Part shown: in pieces, positions 33,301 through 35,865 of the stretch
How the letters are laid out: every line of letters begins with the position of its first letter
How positions within the stretch are numbered: position 1 is the stretch's first letter
Origin: a virus
Taxonomy: Duplodnaviria; Caudoviricetes
Virus record (IMG/VR): IMGVR_UViG_3300048858_000109
Span: 1-35,865 of that record
Direction: 5' to 3' (one strand)
DNA: 35,865 nucleotides
Program-made: the position numbers and the translations under genes
Notes under the pieces: generated by a model
What the model was told of the DNA's origin: nothing
The model's database searches: none
The model's input: only the letters and a program-made list of their open reading frames with translations

Positions 33301-35865
33301 ATGGACGTTTCCGCACACACCCCCATGATGCAGCAATACTGGAAGCTGAAAAACCAGCATCCCGACCAGCTCATGTTCTACCGCATGGGCGACTTCTACG
33401 AGATCTTCTACGAGGATGCGAAGAAAGCCGCCAAGCTGCTGGACATCACCCTTACCGCGCGCGGCCAGTCGGCGGGGCAAAGCATCCCGATGTGCGGCAT
33501 TCCCTATCATGCGGCGGAGGGTTATCTGGCCAAGCTGGTCAAGCTGGGCGAGTCGGTGGTGATCTGTGAGCAGATCGGCGATCCGGCGACCAGCAAAGGG
33601 CCGGTCGAACGTCAGGTGGTGCGCATCATTACCCCCGGCACCATCAGCGACGAAGCGTTGCTGGACGAGCGCCGCGATAACCTGATTGCAGCAGTGCTGG
33701 GTGACGAACGCCTGTTCGGCCTGGCGGTGCTGGACATCACCAGCGGCAATTTCAGCGTGCTGGAACTCAAGGGCTGGGAGAACCTGCTGGCCGAACTGGA
33801 GCGTATCAACCCGGTCGAGCTGTTGATCCCCGATGACTGGCCTCAGGGGCTTCCCGCCGAGAAACGGCGCGGAGCGCGTCGCCGCGCGCCGTGGGATTTC
33901 GAACGCGACAGCGCCCACAAAAGCCTGTGCCAGCAATTCGCGACTCAGGACCTCAAAGGGTTTGGCTGCGAAACACTCACCCTGGCGATCGGCGCAGCGG
34001 GCTGCCTGCTCGGCTACGCCAAGGAAACCCAGCGCACTGCCCTGCCGCATTTGCGAAGTCTGCGCCACGAACGCCTGGACGACACCGTGGTGCTGGATGG
34101 CGCGAGCCGCCGCAATCTGGAGCTGGACACCAACCTGTCCGGCGGGCGCGACAACACGTTGCAGTCGGTCATGGACCGTTGCCAGACCACCATGGGCACA
34201 CGCCTGCTGACCCGCTGGCTGAACCGCCCGCTGCGCGACCTGCCCGTTCTTCAGGCGCGGCAAAGTTCGATCAAGTGCCTGCTGGAACGTTATCGCTTCG
34301 AGAACCTGCAACCGCAGCTCAAGGAGATCGGTGACATCGAGCGGATTCTGGCCCGAATCGGTCTGCGCAACGCCCGTCCGCGCGATCTGGCTCGTCTGCG
34401 CGATGCATTGAGCGCCCTGCCGGAACTGCAGAATGCGATGGCCGAGCTGGAGGCGCCGCATGTGCAACAGCTGGCGCGCACTATCAGCACTTACCCGCAG
34501 CTGGCGGATCTGCTGCAGCGTGCGATTATCGATAACCCGCCGGCCGTGATTCGCGACGGCGGCGTGCTGAAGACCGGCTACGACGCAGAGCTGGACGAAC
34601 TGCTGGCACTGAGCGAAAACGCCGGTCAGTTTCTCATCGACCTCGAAGCCCGCGAAAAGGCCCGCACGGGGCTCGCCAACCTGAAGGTGGGTTACAACCG
34701 GGTCCACGGCTACTTCATCGAGCTACCCAGCAAACAGGCCGAGCAGGCACCGGCCGATTACATCCGGCGCCAGACCCTCAAAGGGGCCGAGCGCTTCATC
34801 ACGCCCGAGCTCAAAGAGTTCGAGGACAAGGCGCTGTCGGCGAAAAGCCGTGCCCTGGCGCGCGAGAAGTTGCTCTACGAAGCTTTGCTGGAAGATCTCA
34901 TCGGCCACTTGGCGCCTTTGCAGGACACCGCCGGCGCTCTGGCCGAGGTAGACGTGCTGAGCAATCTTGCCGAGCGCGCCCTGAACCTCGATCTCAACTG
35001 CCCGCGCTTCGTCGACGAGCCATGCATGCGCATCGAGCAGGGTCGCCATCCGGTCGTCGAGCAGGTCCTCTCGACGCCGTTCGTGGCTAACGATCTGGCA
35101 CTGGACGACAGCACACGCATGCTGGTCATCACCGGCCCGAACATGGGCGGTAAATCCACTTACATGCGTCAGACGGCGCTGATCGTATTGCTGGCCCACA
35201 TTGGCAGCTTCGTGCCGGCCGCCAGCTGCGAGCTGTCGCTGGTCGACCGCATCTTCACCCGGATCGGTTCCAGCGACGATCTGGCCGGAGGGCGCTCCAC
35301 GTTCATGGTGGAAATGAGCGAAACGGCAAACATCCTGCACAACGCCACCGACCGCAGCCTCGTCCTCATGGACGAGGTAGGCCGCGGCACCAGTACATTC
35401 GATGGCCTGTCGCTGGCCTGGGCTGCGGCAGAATGTCTCGCCCAGTTGCGGGCCTACACCCTGTTTGCGACGCATTACTTCGAGTTGACCGTGCTACCGG
35501 AGAGCGAGCCTCTGGTGGCCAACGTTCACCTAAACGCTACCGAACACAACGAACGGATCGTGTTCCTGCACCGGGTTCTGCCTGGCCCGGCCAGCCAGAG
35601 CTACGGGCTCGCCGTGGCCCAATTGGCGGGGGTTCCGGGCAAGGTGATCAGCCGCGCCAAGGAGCATCTGCAGCGACTGGAAACCACCAGCCTGCCCCAC
35701 GAACAGCCAAAAGCCAAACCGGGCAAGCCTGCCGTTCCGCAGCAAAGCGACATGTTCGCCAGCCTGCCGCATCCGGTGCTCGACGAGCTGTCGAAAGTGA
35801 AGCTCGACGACCTCACGCCGCGTCAGGCGCTGGAGATGCTGTATACATTGCAAACGCGCATCTGA
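33301..35865 (+). CDS. mutS: DNA mismatch repair protein MutS (host gene, complete)
   Basis: [15 protein letters not shown], Walker [26 protein letters not shown] and SYGL motifs; 854 aa. Confidence 0.99.
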   Translation: MDVSAHTPMMQQYWKLKNQHPDQLMFYRMGDFYEIFYEDAKKAAKLLDITLTARGQSAGQSIPMCGIPYHAAEGYLAKLVKLGESVVICEQIGDPATSKGPVERQVVRIITPGTISDEALLDERRDNLIAAVLGDERLFGLAVLDITSGNFSVLELKGWENLLAELERINPVELLIPDDWPQGLPAEKRRGARRRAPWDFERDSAHKSLCQQFATQDLKGFGCETLTLAIGAAGCLLGYAKETQRTALPHLRSLRHERLDDTVVLDGASRRNLELDTNLSGGRDNTLQSVMDRCQTTMGTRLLTRWLNRPLRDLPVLQARQSSIKCLLERYRFENLQPQLKEIGDIERILARIGLRNARPRDLARLRDALSALPELQNAMAELEAPHVQQLARTISTYPQLADLLQRAIIDNPPAVIRDGGVLKTGYDAELDELLALSENAGQFLIDLEAREKARTGLANLKVGYNRVHGYFIELPSKQAEQAPADYIRRQTLKGAERFITPELKEFEDKALSAKSRALAREKLLYEALLEDLIGHLAPLQDTAGALAEVDVLSNLAERALNLDLNCPRFVDEPCMRIEQGRHPVVEQVLSTPFVANDLALDDSTRMLVITGPNMGGKSTYMRQTALIVLLAHIGSFVPAASCELSLVDRIFTRIGSSDDLAGGRSTFMVEMSETANILHNATDRSLVLMDEVGRGTSTFDGLSLAWAAAECLAQLRAYTLFATHYFELTVLPESEPLVANVHLNATEHNERIVFLHRVLPGPASQSYGLAVAQLAGVPGKVISRAKEHLQRLETTSLPHEQPKAKPGKPAVPQQSDMFASLPHPVLDELSKVKLDDLTPRQALEMLYTLQTRI

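Larger units (their letters stand above)
1..33330. mobile_element. Lambdoid siphovirus-type prophage (left end outside window; right junction at the 5' end of mutS)
   Basis: Complete ordered modules: tail, head, terminase, Q, replication, cro/cI switch, pL operon, xis-like gene and integrase abutting host mutS. The exact att coordinate cannot be fixed without the other end. Confidence 0.95.

Noticed and set aside
33298-35475. Long minus-strand ORFs (469 aa and 250 aa)
   Set aside because: Antisense shadows of mutS.

Overview
Nearly the whole window (1 to ~33,300) is a lambdoid, long non-contractile-tailed prophage of a Pseudomonas-like host. The left part, including the rest of tail-tip gene J and probably the endolysin, lies outside the window. 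The minus strand carries cro, a Rha/antirepressor gene, O/P-type replication genes with iterons, nin-like genes including a second intact tyrosine recombinase, a Q/AlpA-like antiterminator, holin-like genes, HNH, cos region, terminase, an HK97-type head and a lambda-type tail with the G/GT frameshift. The plus strand carries cI and the pL operon, ending in DUF4224 (xis-like) and the integrase. The integrase ends 53 bp before the host mismatch-repair gene mutS (33301-35865), with no terminator between them, so the phage probably integrates at or in the 5' end of mutS. Three accessory inserts (morons) are visible: a lipoprotein between tail K and I, a small antisense ORF after Q, and an AT-rich antisense two-gene operon in the pL operon. 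The most unusual features are the mutS junction, a 420-bp structured non-coding block containing a tRNA-shaped RNA with complementary loops, the second recombinase, a SutA-like phage protein and the two-gene moron. Family names come from recognising motifs by eye; no database search was run.
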